From a virus (Duplodnaviria > Heunggongvirae > Uroviricota > Caudoviricetes), in IMG/VR virus record IMGVR_UViG_2537561980_000012: DNA of 44,575 bases; one strand, 5' to 3'. The notes under the pieces were generated by a model that saw only the letters and a list, made by a program, of their open reading frames with translations, had not been told where the DNA came from and ran no database searches. Positions 1 to 9,777 of the stretch are shown here, piece by piece. The translations under genes and the position numbers were made by a program. How positions within the stretch are numbered: position 1 is the first letter of the stretch; each line of letters begins with the position of its first letter.

Positions 1-774
1 TTACAACTTAAAGAGTTTCGCTTGCCCTGGATTAACAGCTTCGACGTAGTTTTTGACCCCTATTCTGTGCGGCTCATAATTGCTTGAATAGAAATCAATC
101 AGGAAGTCACTCATTTTCTGAGATGTGACTTTCATAACTCCCTTACTCAAAGTTAAATTAAACACGCTAATCTTTGACGATGGTGCCTGAGTTTTACTCA
201 TGTTGGCTTGATAACCAGATTTGCGCATTGCCACTAGTGCTTCGTCGTAAGCCGCTTGTAATTGGGCCAAATCGTTTGACGAGATGATCACATCATCCAT
301 AAACACACTTAGCTTGAGATCATGATGTTTGTTCAATCGGCGTAGTAAGCTACCAAAATAACTTTTATCTAAGCAGAGGGTTGCAAGTATTGGAGATTGA
401 ACAAAACCAAAAGGGAGGACATGCTTATGTGGACTATGGGACAAGTTTCTTACAGTTGAAAATGTTGAGATTTCCCGCGCTTGAGAATAGGTGAAGTAGC
501 TCTTTAGATCACGGGTGATACGACTACGGCTCGTTGACTGAAAAAATTGTTTAATATCAACAACGGCAAAAAAATCACTTTTTAAGTGTAATCTGGCAGC
601 TTTAAGATGCCCACCAGTTCTTAGATGGTAAAAATAGAGTGGCGGAATCCACTTGTTTCTGACAGCCTGAAGTATCTTCCCTCCGACTTTACGTGCCTCA
701 ACGCTTGGGACATAAACCCAAACCCCGGGCTTAATCTCAAATTTATCTTCCCACCTTTGAACTTCTATTGTCAT
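1..774 (-). CDS. Reverse transcriptase, retron-like, compact (257 aa); complete ORF with stop at 1-3
   Basis: RT motifs visible in translation: motif 1/2 'KPGVWVYVPSVEARKV..KILQAV', motif A 'VVDIKQFFQS' (cf. retron Ec86 'NIDLEDFFPS'), motif B' 'LPFGFVQSPILATLCLD' (cf. Ec86 'LPQGAPSSPKLANLICSKLD'), motif C 'FMDD' (plus 292-303). Low GC. Only about 14 aa precede motif 1, so the N-terminus is unusually short. Confidence 0.8.
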   Translation of the reverse strand: MTIEVQRWEDKFEIKPGVWVYVPSVEARKVGGKILQAVRNKWIPPLYFYHLRTGGHLKAARLHLKSDFFAVVDIKQFFQSTSRSRITRDLKSYFTYSQAREISTFSTVRNLSHSPHKHVLPFGFVQSPILATLCLDKSYFGSLLRRLNKHHDLKLSVFMDDVIISSNDLAQLQAAYDEALVAMRKSGYQANMSKTQAPSSKISVFNLTLSKGVMKVTSQKMSDFLIDFYSSNYEPHRIGVKNYVEAVNPGQAKLFKL

Positions 775-916
775 GAGTTAAATTGCTGTAGTTGAAGGCC
801 ATGTTAAGAACGGCGTAAACCGCACCAACTAAGCCAACAAACGCGGTTGCGCATTTGAGCATAGCGGTGATCAGTTCAACACGCGCCTTAACTAAGCCAA
901 GTTCGTTTGTATCCAT
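743..916 (-). CDS. Possible small hydrophobic protein (57 aa from second ATG) overlapping RT start; may be spurious within a structured non-coding leader
   Basis: ORF in six-frame track; second ATG has GGAGGAA 6 nt upstream; hydrophobic stretch 'AFVGLVGAVYAVLNMAF'; overlaps RT start by 32 nt. No homology recognised. Confidence 0.25.
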   Translation of the reverse strand: MDTNELGLVKARVELITAMLKCATAFVGLVGAVYAVLNMAFNYSNLTHDNRSSKVGR

Positions 917-1089
917 AACTTGTTCCTCCATAGATACCTGACGTCTCTTAGCGCAAGCGCATGGCCCTAACTAAATAAAAAATAACAACCAGTTAGCCCA
1001 GAAAGCTTAACAAGTCGGCGTCCGATTACATGGCAATCAGGTAATCGGTCCGCAGTCGCAAAGCGACAAACTACATATCTACGGAGTGG

Positions 1090-1099
1090 GGATAAATCC
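1090..1099. repeat. IS186 target-site duplication, left copy (ggataaatcc)
   Basis: Identical 10-mer at 2438-2447 directly flanking the IS; reconstructed target ggggataaatcccc fits the known IS186 G-run/N6/C-run preference. Confidence 0.85.
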
Positions 1100-2437
1100 C
1101 ATAAGCGCTAACTTAAGGGTTGAACCATCTGAAGAATGCGACGCCTCGGTGCCTCGTTAAGACGATGCCTCGCGTTCTTCAATTGCGTTTTGTAGGCTGT
1201 CAGGGATACTGTCCCACGAATGGCCACCTGTAAGCTCCAGATGACCATTTTTGTTATTCTCCACAACGAGTTAGTTCTTCTTTTCGGATCCGGCACTTCT
1301 GGGGGGGAAATCCAGCGATGGCTGGATTATGTCGTCAATTAAAAATGCGGCGAGTAGATTAGCAAATATCCACGCTTTCGCGAGTTCAGGTTCCTTTGCA
1401 CGCAAAGCATCCAGGTGCAGCAAACTTTTGAGCCGCTTAAAAGCCAGTTCAATTTGCCATCGCAGACGGTAACAATCAGCCACTTGCTCTGCTGAATATT
1501 CATCTTCCGGTAATGATGTTAGCAATAGCACATGGCCCGCTGCTTCCAGCGTTTCCGCCTGAACTACTCGTCCTTTTCGACGATTCTCGCTGAGCAGTCG
1601 GGTTTTACTGATTAATGCTTTTTCGGGAGGAAGTGATACGGCAATGAGACGTGCCGGAAAGGGAGCTCCGGCTTTTTTATTACCTGAATTGCCTATCATT
1701 ACAGTGGTTTCACCGTTCTTACCGCAATCCAGCCCGCGCAGAAAACCCATCATGTCAAAGCGCATTCCTTCTGCAGTTAACCAGCGCAATCCTCGCCAGT
1801 GAACCCGGACGATATAATCAGCTTCTCCAAAAGCAAGTGAGCGGATACATTCGGGACGCGAACCGAATCCCGGTCAGCAATGCGTATCTCGTCTGCCGTT
1901 TGCGCAAATCGGTCCAGCCGTTCAGCGTCTCTGCTGTCGGTTAGCTCAAAATCAGTGAACTGACAGGTATGAGGATCATATCCCATATGTAGTCGCCATT
2001 CAGCGCTGCCGCCCCCGGGCGCACTGATTGCTGTTCCATCGACAAGACGCAATCTCTTTCCGCTTGTACAACCCGTAACTGCGGCGCGTACAGCAAGTGT
2101 TTGTGCGGCAAGTATGCCAAACCAGTCGGCGGCATTCCGCAGCCGCTTCAGGAGAGCCACGTCAGATAATGTTGCAACGTCATGGAGCTGAGCCCATGCA
2201 GTGACTTCACGTAATGACATCCCCCCGGGGCCGTAAGCCAGCCCCAGACGTAGCAGAGTTGCAGCATCACGAATTTCGCGGCGGCGGGTTAGAGCCCCGG
2301 CATTACGTGCCGAAGTATCCAGTTCTTCGGGCTTACCAATATGGGCCAGAATTGCTGACCAGTTATCGTGAGAGTAATTCATCGGCACGTTAAATCATAT
2401 CAGGCGTAATACCACAACCCTTAAGTTAGCGCTTATG
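1100..2437 (-). mobile_element. IS186 insertion sequence (IS4 family), 1338 bp
   Basis: 23-bp terminal inverted repeats cataagcgctaacttaagggttg (1100-1122) and its reverse complement (2415-2437); length equals canonical IS186; internal ORFs match IS186 transposase. Confidence 0.95.
1271..2382 (-). pseudogene. insL: IS186 transposase, split by a 1-nt deletion in a G/C run (plus 1869-1871)
   Basis: Two ORFs (203 aa, 172 aa) together reproduce the IS186 transposase as I recall it ('MNYSHDNWSAILAHIGKPEEL...', '...RWLTAEGMRFDMMGFLRGL...'); adding one G in 'gaccgggattcgg' restores 'ADRGFGSRPE...HWRGLRWLTAEG'. Confidence 0.9.
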
Positions 2438-2447
2438 GGATAAATCC
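2438..2447. repeat. IS186 target-site duplication, right copy (ggataaatcc)
   Basis: Direct repeat of 1090-1099 immediately outside the right IR. Confidence 0.85.
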
Positions 2448-2525
2448 CCGCTAACGTCAGGCATTGTTAATTTAACCTCAACTTATAGAAAAGTATAGTT
2501 TTAAATCATGTAGTTATGTCGCCAT

Positions 2526-2744
2526 TTAAATCGGCAAACCCACCTGTTTAAATTTATGAGGATGCGGCTGAACCGGATTTGACTCTTTTGGCGTTGCAAT
2601 CGAACGAACAAAAGTTTCATGGGTAACAAAAGTATGGCTGCAGTTAATGTTCTGGCACTGGTTGTAACGCTCTTTGGTCAATGAAGATACCTGAAAACTG
2701 CTGCGAGTATGGGCGGCACTTCCACACAGTGGGCAAATCATCAT
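2526..2744 (-). CDS. ogr: Late-gene transcription activator, Ogr/Delta/186-B zinc-finger family (start at 'MMICPLCG')
   Basis: 'CPLCGSAAHTRSS...KERYNQCQNINCSHTF' matches P2 Ogr 'CPLCQHAAHARTS...KERYHQCQNVNCSATF'; sits after gene D as in P2. Confidence 0.85.
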   Translation of the reverse strand: MMICPLCGSAAHTRSSFQVSSLTKERYNQCQNINCSHTFVTHETFVRSIATPKESNPVQPHPHKFKQVGLPI

Positions 2745-2834
2745 TTTTCGAGTTCTCCCCATTTTTGCTAAATTCACAATAATGATATCGCATTATTCCA
2801 TTTTTCAAACTTAAAAGTTCTCCATTGTAAAGAA

Positions 2835-3935
2835 TCATTCCATTTCGAGATCATCAACCTTCACTTCAAGCTCAAGACTGGTCGTAAAACCATTATCCGG
2901 GCTGACGGTATGTGTCAGAGTCGTAATGGTCCATTCCGCATCATCTATCGGCTGTTTAAAGCCACTGACTTTCACTGGCATTTCCGTGTAGAGATCTGCC
3001 CGCCCTTCCGCCAGTTGTAGCGAGAATGACGCAACGCCGCGTTGCAGGCGTTCCCACTGCATTTTCGCTGCCCGTTCGGCGTTACTCCGATTGGCATAGG
3101 TGCGATTGAGTACCAGCACGTTTTCATCCGTACCCACCAGGTAATCGCCCTGCTTCGCTTCCGGCTCTTTCTTCTGATTCTTCGTTCTGCGCTTACGCTT
3201 CACCGTAGTGCTTTCTTTCTTCGCGGGTTCGCGGGTATGCAACCAGCTGGCAATTACGCCCGTGTAGGCTCCGCGATCTGCCAGGGTAAAGCGGTGACTG
3301 TCGCCGTCCTTGCGTGTGATAGTGATCACCGGCAGTGGTTTACCGCTGGCGCTTTTACCCTGTCCCTGCCGGATGAATAACAGATTGCCATTTTTCACCG
3401 ACGCAATAGCACCGTACTGGCGCGCCAGCCGCATCAGAAAACTGCCGTCACTCTCATTGGTCTGGTCTATATGTTCCACGGGCTTATCCGACAGGTCTTT
3501 ACCCAGTGCCATCTTCAGCTTATGCCGCGAGGCTATTTCCTTCACCACTTCCCCAACGGTGGTCTTGTGCCACGACTTTTCACGGCGGGTATTCAGCGTT
3601 TCACGAAAATCAGCACTTCGCGCCCGGATAGTCAGGCGGTCCGGTGCGCCAGTGTGTTCAATCTCGTCCACCGTGAATGCCCCTTTAGGGAAAAGCGGCT
3701 GCCCCTTCCAGCCCAGCGCCAGCGTAATGACCGCACCACGGCGCGGCAGCACGATTTTTCCGTCGGCGTCGTCCAGCTCCAGATCAAGCTGGTCCGCTTC
3801 AAAGCCCCGATTGTCCGTCAGAGTCAAACTCATCAGGCGGTTATCCAGCACAGTGTTGATATCCCTGCCCTCAATACTGATGCTGAATGCGGGAGTTTTG
3901 TTGCCTTTGTTAAGCAGTTCAGAGCTGAAATTCAC
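2835..3935 (-). CDS. D: Tail protein D (late control gene D)
   Basis: 366 aa, P2 gpD-like; position between U and ogr. Confidence 0.9.
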   Translation of the reverse strand: MNFSSELLNKGNKTPAFSISIEGRDINTVLDNRLMSLTLTDNRGFEADQLDLELDDADGKIVLPRRGAVITLALGWKGQPLFPKGAFTVDEIEHTGAPDRLTIRARSADFRETLNTRREKSWHKTTVGEVVKEIASRHKLKMALGKDLSDKPVEHIDQTNESDGSFLMRLARQYGAIASVKNGNLLFIRQGQGKSASGKPLPVITITRKDGDSHRFTLADRGAYTGVIASWLHTREPAKKESTTVKRKRRTKNQKKEPEAKQGDYLVGTDENVLVLNRTYANRSNAERAAKMQWERLQRGVASFSLQLAEGRADLYTEMPVKVSGFKQPIDDAEWTITTLTHTVSPDNGFTTSLELEVKVDDLEME

Positions 3936-4417
3936 GACAGCAGCCCTCCCACCGTTTTACTGATATCACTTAAGGCAGATGTTGCCGTGTCCTGCAGATT
4001 ATTCAGCTGCGTACTGAGATCACCGAACATATCGGACAGGGATTCATCCACCCGTTTGAGCGACAGGGTGAACTCAATCCGGCGCGGCATACCGTCGCGG
4101 AAAAACTCCGTTTTAGTCAGATTCAGTCCCTCAATCACATACATGCCGTAAATCGTGCCGCTGCCTTCAATCAGGGGCCATGCTTTTCCCTGTTCTGCCA
4201 TCTGCTCCAGAGCCAGCAACGACAGCCTGCCGCCCGTTATCTCCGGCATAAGAACACCAGAAAGCGTCAGCATGTCGTTGTCCGGTCCCAGAAACTGCGT
4301 GGACGGACGACGGTTTACCCGGCTGTTTGCCGCATGTCGCCAGCTGCGTTGATACTGCAGTTCCTGATACGGAACGGTGCGCAGCATAAACACGTACAAT
4401 CCCAGCACCATCATCAT
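3932..4417 (-). CDS. U: Tail protein U
   Basis: 161 aa, gpU-like; ATGA-type overlaps with T and D. Confidence 0.9.
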   Translation of the reverse strand: MMMVLGLYVFMLRTVPYQELQYQRSWRHAANSRVNRRPSTQFLGPDNDMLTLSGVLMPEITGGRLSLLALEQMAEQGKAWPLIEGSGTIYGMYVIEGLNLTKTEFFRDGMPRRIEFTLSLKRVDESLSDMFGDLSTQLNNLQDTATSALSDISKTVGGLLS

Positions 4418-7400
4418 GCGTCGTATCCCCCCTGATCGCTGTAGTTACTCCTGGCTTTTGCCTTCAGCCTGCGTTCACGTTCATCAAGCTGGCGTGCCAC
4501 CTCCCGCGCAATATCCTGCGCACTTTGTCCTGGCTGCGTCTGAATGATGATCTGCGTCGGTGCCTCAATCCGGTGAACGGGCGGCACAGTGGCTGCACGA
4601 CTCACCATCGCTTCGCCGCCTTTCGCGGGAAGTGCCAAAGGATGCAACGGTGGAAGCTCTGCAGGCGCGGCAGCAACGCCCATCATTCCGGCAACAACGG
4701 CAGCCAGTGCAGCTGTATTTCTCCGGCTGGTCACATTTGCCGGGCCGTTAACAATTTCCGGCCCGTTTTCACCGACGATGCCAAACTGCCCGCGCGGGAT
4801 ATAGCCGCCGCTGTCATACATCCCCGCAAAGCCATATCCCCATGACGGAAAACCACCCGATGGCATCATCACTTTACCGTCTGCATTCACCGTCGCAGGT
4901 TGCTGACGCGTCACTCTTTCCGGCAATTTCGCCTTTGCAGCCTCTTTACTGACAATGCCGAGTTTCTCCAGCAACCAGGAAACGCCGGATTTCAGGGAGT
5001 CCAGCGGATGCATGACCATATTCAGCCCTTCCGCCAGTGCCTCCCCGAATCGTCGCCCCATTGCCGCTGCGCTCTGCAGTTCGGCAGAGGTCGACTTAAC
5101 GGGCGTCAGCAGATCAGTAAACCAGCCCCACAACGCCTGCACTTTGTCGCCAATCCACTGAAACACAGGCTTAAGTGGTTCGAATGCTGCACTGATGGGA
5201 CCTGCCGCCGCTTTGAATCCTTCCACCACACCAGCGAGAAATGCGGTGATGGGTTGCCAGTATTTCCAGACAACCAGCGCCACGCCCGCCAGTGCAGTAA
5301 CCACAAGACCTATCGGACTGAGCAGAGCACCTAACAGACCCGATATGGCATACAGGGCAACGCGCAGCATCGCCAGCGGACCGGATGCCAGTACTCGCAG
5401 CACCGCGCCTGCGGCAGCCAGTCCACCGCGTAGTGCTGCCAGTGGATTCATAAACATCACAGCAACAGCACGTAAACCGGATAATCCAGACCGCAACAGT
5501 GCAACCGGCACACCTACTACAGTTTTCAGGACATTCCCCGTCAGTGATGCCGTGCGGCGCAAAGACGACAACGGCGCAGTAAGTAAACCCGCTGCGTTGC
5601 CCGATGAAGCAAGCCCGCGTCGCAGCAGTGCCAGTGGAGCGCCAGCTAACCAGGACAACGCGCTGCTGGTTCGTGTTACTGCTGCCGTAACGGAAGGTAA
5701 CGTTTTGATACCCAGCACAGAGAATCCCAGACGGATGACTGCCAGCGGCCCCAGCACTGCAGCCAGCGCCACCACTAAGGTGCCGAGGCCTACGGTAACC
5801 GCAGCCACAACAGCCGCTACTTTCATCAGTGTGCCTGTCAGTTCCGGGTTAGCTTCCACCCAGCGGCGCAACGCCCCCGTGATGCTTTTCACCGTGTACA
5901 GAATATCCATCAGCGGCTGGCGCAGCGTTTCGCCCAGGCTGCTGAAGGTGTTCTGCGCTCCGGTTTTGACCAGTAACCACTGAGCAGAAAGTGAGTCCTT
6001 ATTGATGTCGGATTCTTTCTGCATGGAGCCGAGCGCATCATTGCCCGCTGTCAGTTTTAACTGACGCTGCAGTTCCGGCAGGTTGTTTGCCAGTTTCGCC
6101 GCGTCATCGCCAAACTCTTTACCAAACAACATGGTCATGGCAGACAGACGCTTGTCCTGCGGCAGTGCGTTCACCTTCTCCAGCACACGCTGGATAGTTC
6201 CCATCGCATCCTTCGTCATCTGCTTTTCAATCACTTCAGGATTGAGTTTCAGCAGATTCATCCCTTCAAAGAAACTCTTGCTCTGCATGGTGGCAATGGA
6301 CAATTCACGCACCATCGCGTTTGCTGCACTGGCTGCAACCTCCGGCGCAGCGCCCAGTGTCAGGAAGGTGGAACCCAGCACCGCCGCTTTACGATAATCC
6401 AGACGGTCAGCCACACCGCCCAGACGTTGCATCACATCAATGATGTCCGCCCCTTTCGACATGGCGTTATCATCCAGATAGTTCAGCGCATCGCCGAGCT
6501 GTTCAATATTGCGGGTTGGTATTTTGTAGAGCTGGGCGATTTTCCCCAGACTTTCTGACAGTTCATCCGCTGGCAGCTCAAAGGCTGTTGCCGCCTTTGC
6601 TGCCGTACTGGCGAAGGCCAGCAGGTCACGTTTCTGGTCTTCCCAGCTGTCGTCAGGGTTTGCGACGTTCATGCGCGCACCACCTTCAACCAGTGCAGCG
6701 AAGTCCACCGCACCGTTTTCCATCGGCAACTGTTCGCTGGCAGCCTTGATGGCATCCTGCATTTCATAAAAACGTGCAGTGCGGTTGCCATTATCGTCAC
6801 GCAGACCATTGACCTGCTTTGCCACACCTTTCATGGCATCTTCCATGCTGGTATAGCTTTTTACTGCCGCCATCACTGGCGCACCCATTGCCAGCCCTGC
6901 AGCCGTGGTAGTGGCTCCGGCTCCTGCGATGCGATCGCGCACTTCAAGCCGTCTTGAGTATTGTTCTCTGGCAGCGTTCATCCGTGCCTGTTGTTCACCC
7001 AGACGTTTAAGTGCTTTTTGCTGGCCCTCCAGTGCCTGCCTTGTTTCTTCAGCATTTTTCTTAAGTTCTCGCTGGGCACTACTGAGTTGTCTGGTATCAA
7101 TCCCTGATTCTTTAAGTGCCTGACGTTGTCTCTGGACCGCCCCCAACAAGCCGTTATAGGTCTGCTGAAGTTCCTGTACTCGTGTTTTGGCCTGACTGAA
7201 TAACTTTGCCTGCGCGGCGGTTGGCCTGTTAGTGGCAGCAAATTGTGTGGCGAGTTTTGCCGCCTCTTCGCGGGCTGCGTTCAGGTTGTTGGCTGTTATG
7301 GCTAGTTGCGAGCGCGTCTTGCGAAATTCATCAATTCTGCCAGCCTGCTTATTCAGTTCTTTGAGGCTGTTTCGGGTATTCTGAATTGCGCCAGCCAGCT

Positions 7401-7491
7401 CTTTCGAACTGGCCTGTGCAGCACGGAATGGGCGGGTGAGTTTGTCAACCGCATTAAGAATGACCTGCAGGCGCAGGTTATTATCACTCAT
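4414..7491 (-). CDS. T: Tail tape measure protein
   Basis: 1025 aa, coiled-coil N-terminal half and Ala/Gly/Leu-rich hydrophobic repeats; downstream of E/E'. Confidence 0.9.
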   Translation of the reverse strand: MSDNNLRLQVILNAVDKLTRPFRAAQASSKELAGAIQNTRNSLKELNKQAGRIDEFRKTRSQLAITANNLNAAREEAAKLATQFAATNRPTAAQAKLFSQAKTRVQELQQTYNGLLGAVQRQRQALKESGIDTRQLSSAQRELKKNAEETRQALEGQQKALKRLGEQQARMNAAREQYSRRLEVRDRIAGAGATTTAAGLAMGAPVMAAVKSYTSMEDAMKGVAKQVNGLRDDNGNRTARFYEMQDAIKAASEQLPMENGAVDFAALVEGGARMNVANPDDSWEDQKRDLLAFASTAAKAATAFELPADELSESLGKIAQLYKIPTRNIEQLGDALNYLDDNAMSKGADIIDVMQRLGGVADRLDYRKAAVLGSTFLTLGAAPEVAASAANAMVRELSIATMQSKSFFEGMNLLKLNPEVIEKQMTKDAMGTIQRVLEKVNALPQDKRLSAMTMLFGKEFGDDAAKLANNLPELQRQLKLTAGNDALGSMQKESDINKDSLSAQWLLVKTGAQNTFSSLGETLRQPLMDILYTVKSITGALRRWVEANPELTGTLMKVAAVVAAVTVGLGTLVVALAAVLGPLAVIRLGFSVLGIKTLPSVTAAVTRTSSALSWLAGAPLALLRRGLASSGNAAGLLTAPLSSLRRTASLTGNVLKTVVGVPVALLRSGLSGLRAVAVMFMNPLAALRGGLAAAGAVLRVLASGPLAMLRVALYAISGLLGALLSPIGLVVTALAGVALVVWKYWQPITAFLAGVVEGFKAAAGPISAAFEPLKPVFQWIGDKVQALWGWFTDLLTPVKSTSAELQSAAAMGRRFGEALAEGLNMVMHPLDSLKSGVSWLLEKLGIVSKEAAKAKLPERVTRQQPATVNADGKVMMPSGGFPSWGYGFAGMYDSGGYIPRGQFGIVGENGPEIVNGPANVTSRRNTAALAAVVAGMMGVAAAPAELPPLHPLALPAKGGEAMVSRAATVPPVHRIEAPTQIIIQTQPGQSAQDIAREVARQLDERERRLKAKARSNYSDQGGYDA

Positions 7492-7920
7492 CGTTGGCCC
7501 CGCTTCTCTGAATCGCTTTATACCGCCATTCCAGCACTTCGGTCAGCGGCATAACGTCAGTAACGGATGGCGGCCAGTGAAAGATGGTGGCGATATCAGC
7601 CACCAGATCGTCAACCGTCAGGCTGTCGGTAAACCGGCAAGTACCGACTTCTTCAACAAAAAAGTGACAACCTCAACCGACATAGCGGTGAGATCTGCCG
7701 GGTCCATCTCTGCAATTTCCTGTGCAGTCAGTGCCGGGCTGGAGATGCGGGGGATCACGGTCATCATCGCGTTCACATCCATATCCATAATAGCCTGCAG
7801 GCGTGTACCGCGCAGTGCACCGGACTGCGGTTTACGCAGCACAATTTCGGTGATTTCCGTTTTACCGCGCTTGATAGGGGTATCCAGTTGAATGGTCTTT
7901 TCAGTCTGCTTATCGCTCAT
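7484..7920 (-). CDS. E': Tail assembly chaperone E+E' made by programmed -1 ribosomal frameshift
   Basis: Slippery T_TTT_TTG in zero-frame phase (plus 7657-7663); the -1 frame stays open for 57 codons and ends at TGA (7484-7486) overlapping the T start codon, as in P2. Confidence 0.7.
7618..7920 (-). CDS. E: Tail assembly chaperone E
   Basis: 100 aa gpE-like, upstream of T; contains slippery heptamer near its 3' end. Confidence 0.85.
   Translation of the reverse strand: MSDKQTEKTIQLDTPIKRGKTEITEIVLRKPQSGALRGTRLQAIMDMDVNAMMTVIPRISSPALTAQEIAEMDPADLTAMSVEVVTFLLKKSVLAGLPTA
7657..7663 (-). promoter_or_regulatory. -1 programmed frameshift slippery heptamer (T TTT TTG) for E/E'
   Basis: Heptamer in phase with the E reading frame; conserved mechanism in P2/lambda tail chaperones. 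Confidence 0.7.
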
Positions 7921-7974
7921 TTTTCTGTCCTGTAAATTGGGTTCTGGCGCGGAATCCCGCGCCGTTCAGATACA

Positions 7975-8490
7975 TCAGAGGCCGAGGGCGTTGCGGTGCG
8001 CTTCCATCAGGTCCACGCCGTCCACAATTTCCACCATGTTGATAAGGTCCACTTCATAGAGCACCTCACCATTGATAGTCAGCTTCGCGTAGCTGTTGGT
8101 ACTGGTCACTTTGGTGGTGTTGCTTTCGCCCGTCTTCCACTCGCCGGAATCCACTTCTTTGTGACGTCCACGCACCACAAGCTCCACGGCCTGCACTTCC
8201 CCGGTATCGTCACGCTGAATAGAGCCGGTAAAGCGCAACTGGATACCATCCACCGTGGCTTTGCCCATCTGCTTAAACAGCAGCAGTTCAGTACCACCAA
8301 TGGAAAATTCTGTGTCCAGCGCACTATCATCCAGCCCCAGATCCACATCCACTGCACCCGGCATTCCGCCACCGCGATACTTCTCATATTTGCGGGTGAA
8401 TTTCGGCAGCGTCAGCGACTCAACGATCCCCTGCCAGTTGTTCCCGTCGTTAAACAGGTTCAGGTGTTTTAATTTGCGTGGTAAAGCCAT
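7975..8490 (-). CDS. FII: Tail tube protein FII
   Basis: 171 aa, gpFII-like, directly downstream of sheath gene. Confidence 0.9.
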   Translation of the reverse strand: MALPRKLKHLNLFNDGNNWQGIVESLTLPKFTRKYEKYRGGGMPGAVDVDLGLDDSALDTEFSIGGTELLLFKQMGKATVDGIQLRFTGSIQRDDTGEVQAVELVVRGRHKEVDSGEWKTGESNTTKVTSTNSYAKLTINGEVLYEVDLINMVEIVDGVDLMEAHRNALGL

Positions 8491-8499
8491 GTTGTCCCC

Positions 8500-9671
8500 T
8501 TACGCGCTGACCTGGCTGGAGAAATTCACCAGGTACTGATCGGTGATGCGCTGACGCAGCATCAGGTTTTCAAGTGGCGGCACTGGTGTGTAGTCGTAGT
8601 CGATGGTGAGTTTTCCAGCTTTCAGAGTGTCTTTGTCGTTCACCGACTCATCCAGCCAGCAATCGCCACCAATGAGATAGCCCTGACTGATCAGGCTGCG
8701 CATTTTGGCGCGGATACCTTCGATAATGTCGCGGGCCAGCGACGGATTCAGCGGTTTGTCGACCGCCCACATTGGCGCTTCTGCCATCGTGTCCATCAGC
8801 ACCTGCGCCGTGCGGGTGTAGTTTTCGAAGGCAAAGAGTGGGTCATCACTCAGGCAGCGGGAACCCCAGAAGCGAAAGCCGTCTTTGCGGATAAGTGTGG
8901 TAACATCGTTCTGGTTAAGCAGTCCCGCATCAGTTGCCGGGTCCTGCAGATCCCAGAACACATCAGCAGAAATTCCGGTGACACCGTTCACGCCCACGTT
9001 GGACAGGCTTTTGTGCCACCCTGTCTGCTCATCAATTTTGGCACGCAGACCAAGCGCACGGGCGGTGGCATATGCCGTTGCGTCGGCATTCAGCACCGTG
9101 TCCCAGCCAGTAAAGTCAGGCCAGATCAGCATCCCTTCACGCTGACTGAAGTTTTCACGGTAAGTGATCGCCTCCTGCACCGTCTTGCAGCCATACGCTG
9201 ACAGGTAAGCAAACCCACGCAGGCTTTGCGCCACGCCCAGCAACTCAGTAGCAACGGCTTTATTATCGTGCCCCGGCACGCCGAGAATGCGCGGTTTAAC
9301 ACCGAGCTGTGACTGGGCAGATAACAGGGCTTTCATACCAGTTTTTTACCTTCAGCAGTCACTGCGCCGATGATATTGGTCGTGGTTTCTTCTTCCGTTT
9401 CACCCTGCGGCACACGCACAACAACGGTCACGGGTTTTGCCTGGTCAGCGATGGCATCCAGCGAACGGGCCAGCGTACCGGATTCACCCGCCTTACCGCT
9501 GGCAGTAAGCACATCAGTGATCAGCACGGGTTTATTAAGAGGGAACATTTTTGCATCGGCATCATCGCCCGTGCAGACCATGCCCACGATGGCGGTGCTC
9601 ACCGTGGTAATGGATCGAGTGCCTTCGTTGACTTCAACAACGCGCACTCCGTGGTGGTAATCCTGAGCCAT
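8500..9671 (-). CDS. FI: Contractile tail sheath protein FI, interrupted by a 1-nt deletion in a T6/A6 run (plus 9342-9347)
   Basis: Two ORFs (112 + 278 aa) are colinear with P2 FI; adding one A gives '...[29 protein letters not shown]', matching P2 '...[24 protein letters not shown]'. Confidence 0.85.
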
Positions 9672-9747
9672 AGTGGCGAACCTCCTGATTGGATTAGGCT
9701 TCGCCCTATGTTGAAGTGATTGTGTCTGACAAGCAGCTAAGCGCAGT

Positions 9748-9765
9748 TGTACCGTTATTCACACA
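9748..9765. promoter_or_regulatory. Ogr-box-like dyad TGT-N12-ACA upstream of FI (late promoter P_F)
   Basis: 'tgtaccgttattcacaca' lies 77-94 bp upstream of the FI start; P2 late promoters carry a TGT-N12-ACA activator site near -55. Confidence 0.55.
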
Positions 9766-9777
9766 AAATGACGGTAT

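Noticed and set aside
3310-4151. Plus-strand ORFs (217 and 226 aa) overlapping genes D and U
   Set aside because: Antisense to conserved tail genes; Ser/Arg/Pro-rich; no start context.
4525-5983. Several plus-strand ORFs (up to 262 aa) inside the tape measure gene
   Set aside because: Antisense to a well-supported 1025-aa gene; Pro/Ala/Arg-rich translations typical of the wrong frame of GC-rich DNA; no RBS or homology.
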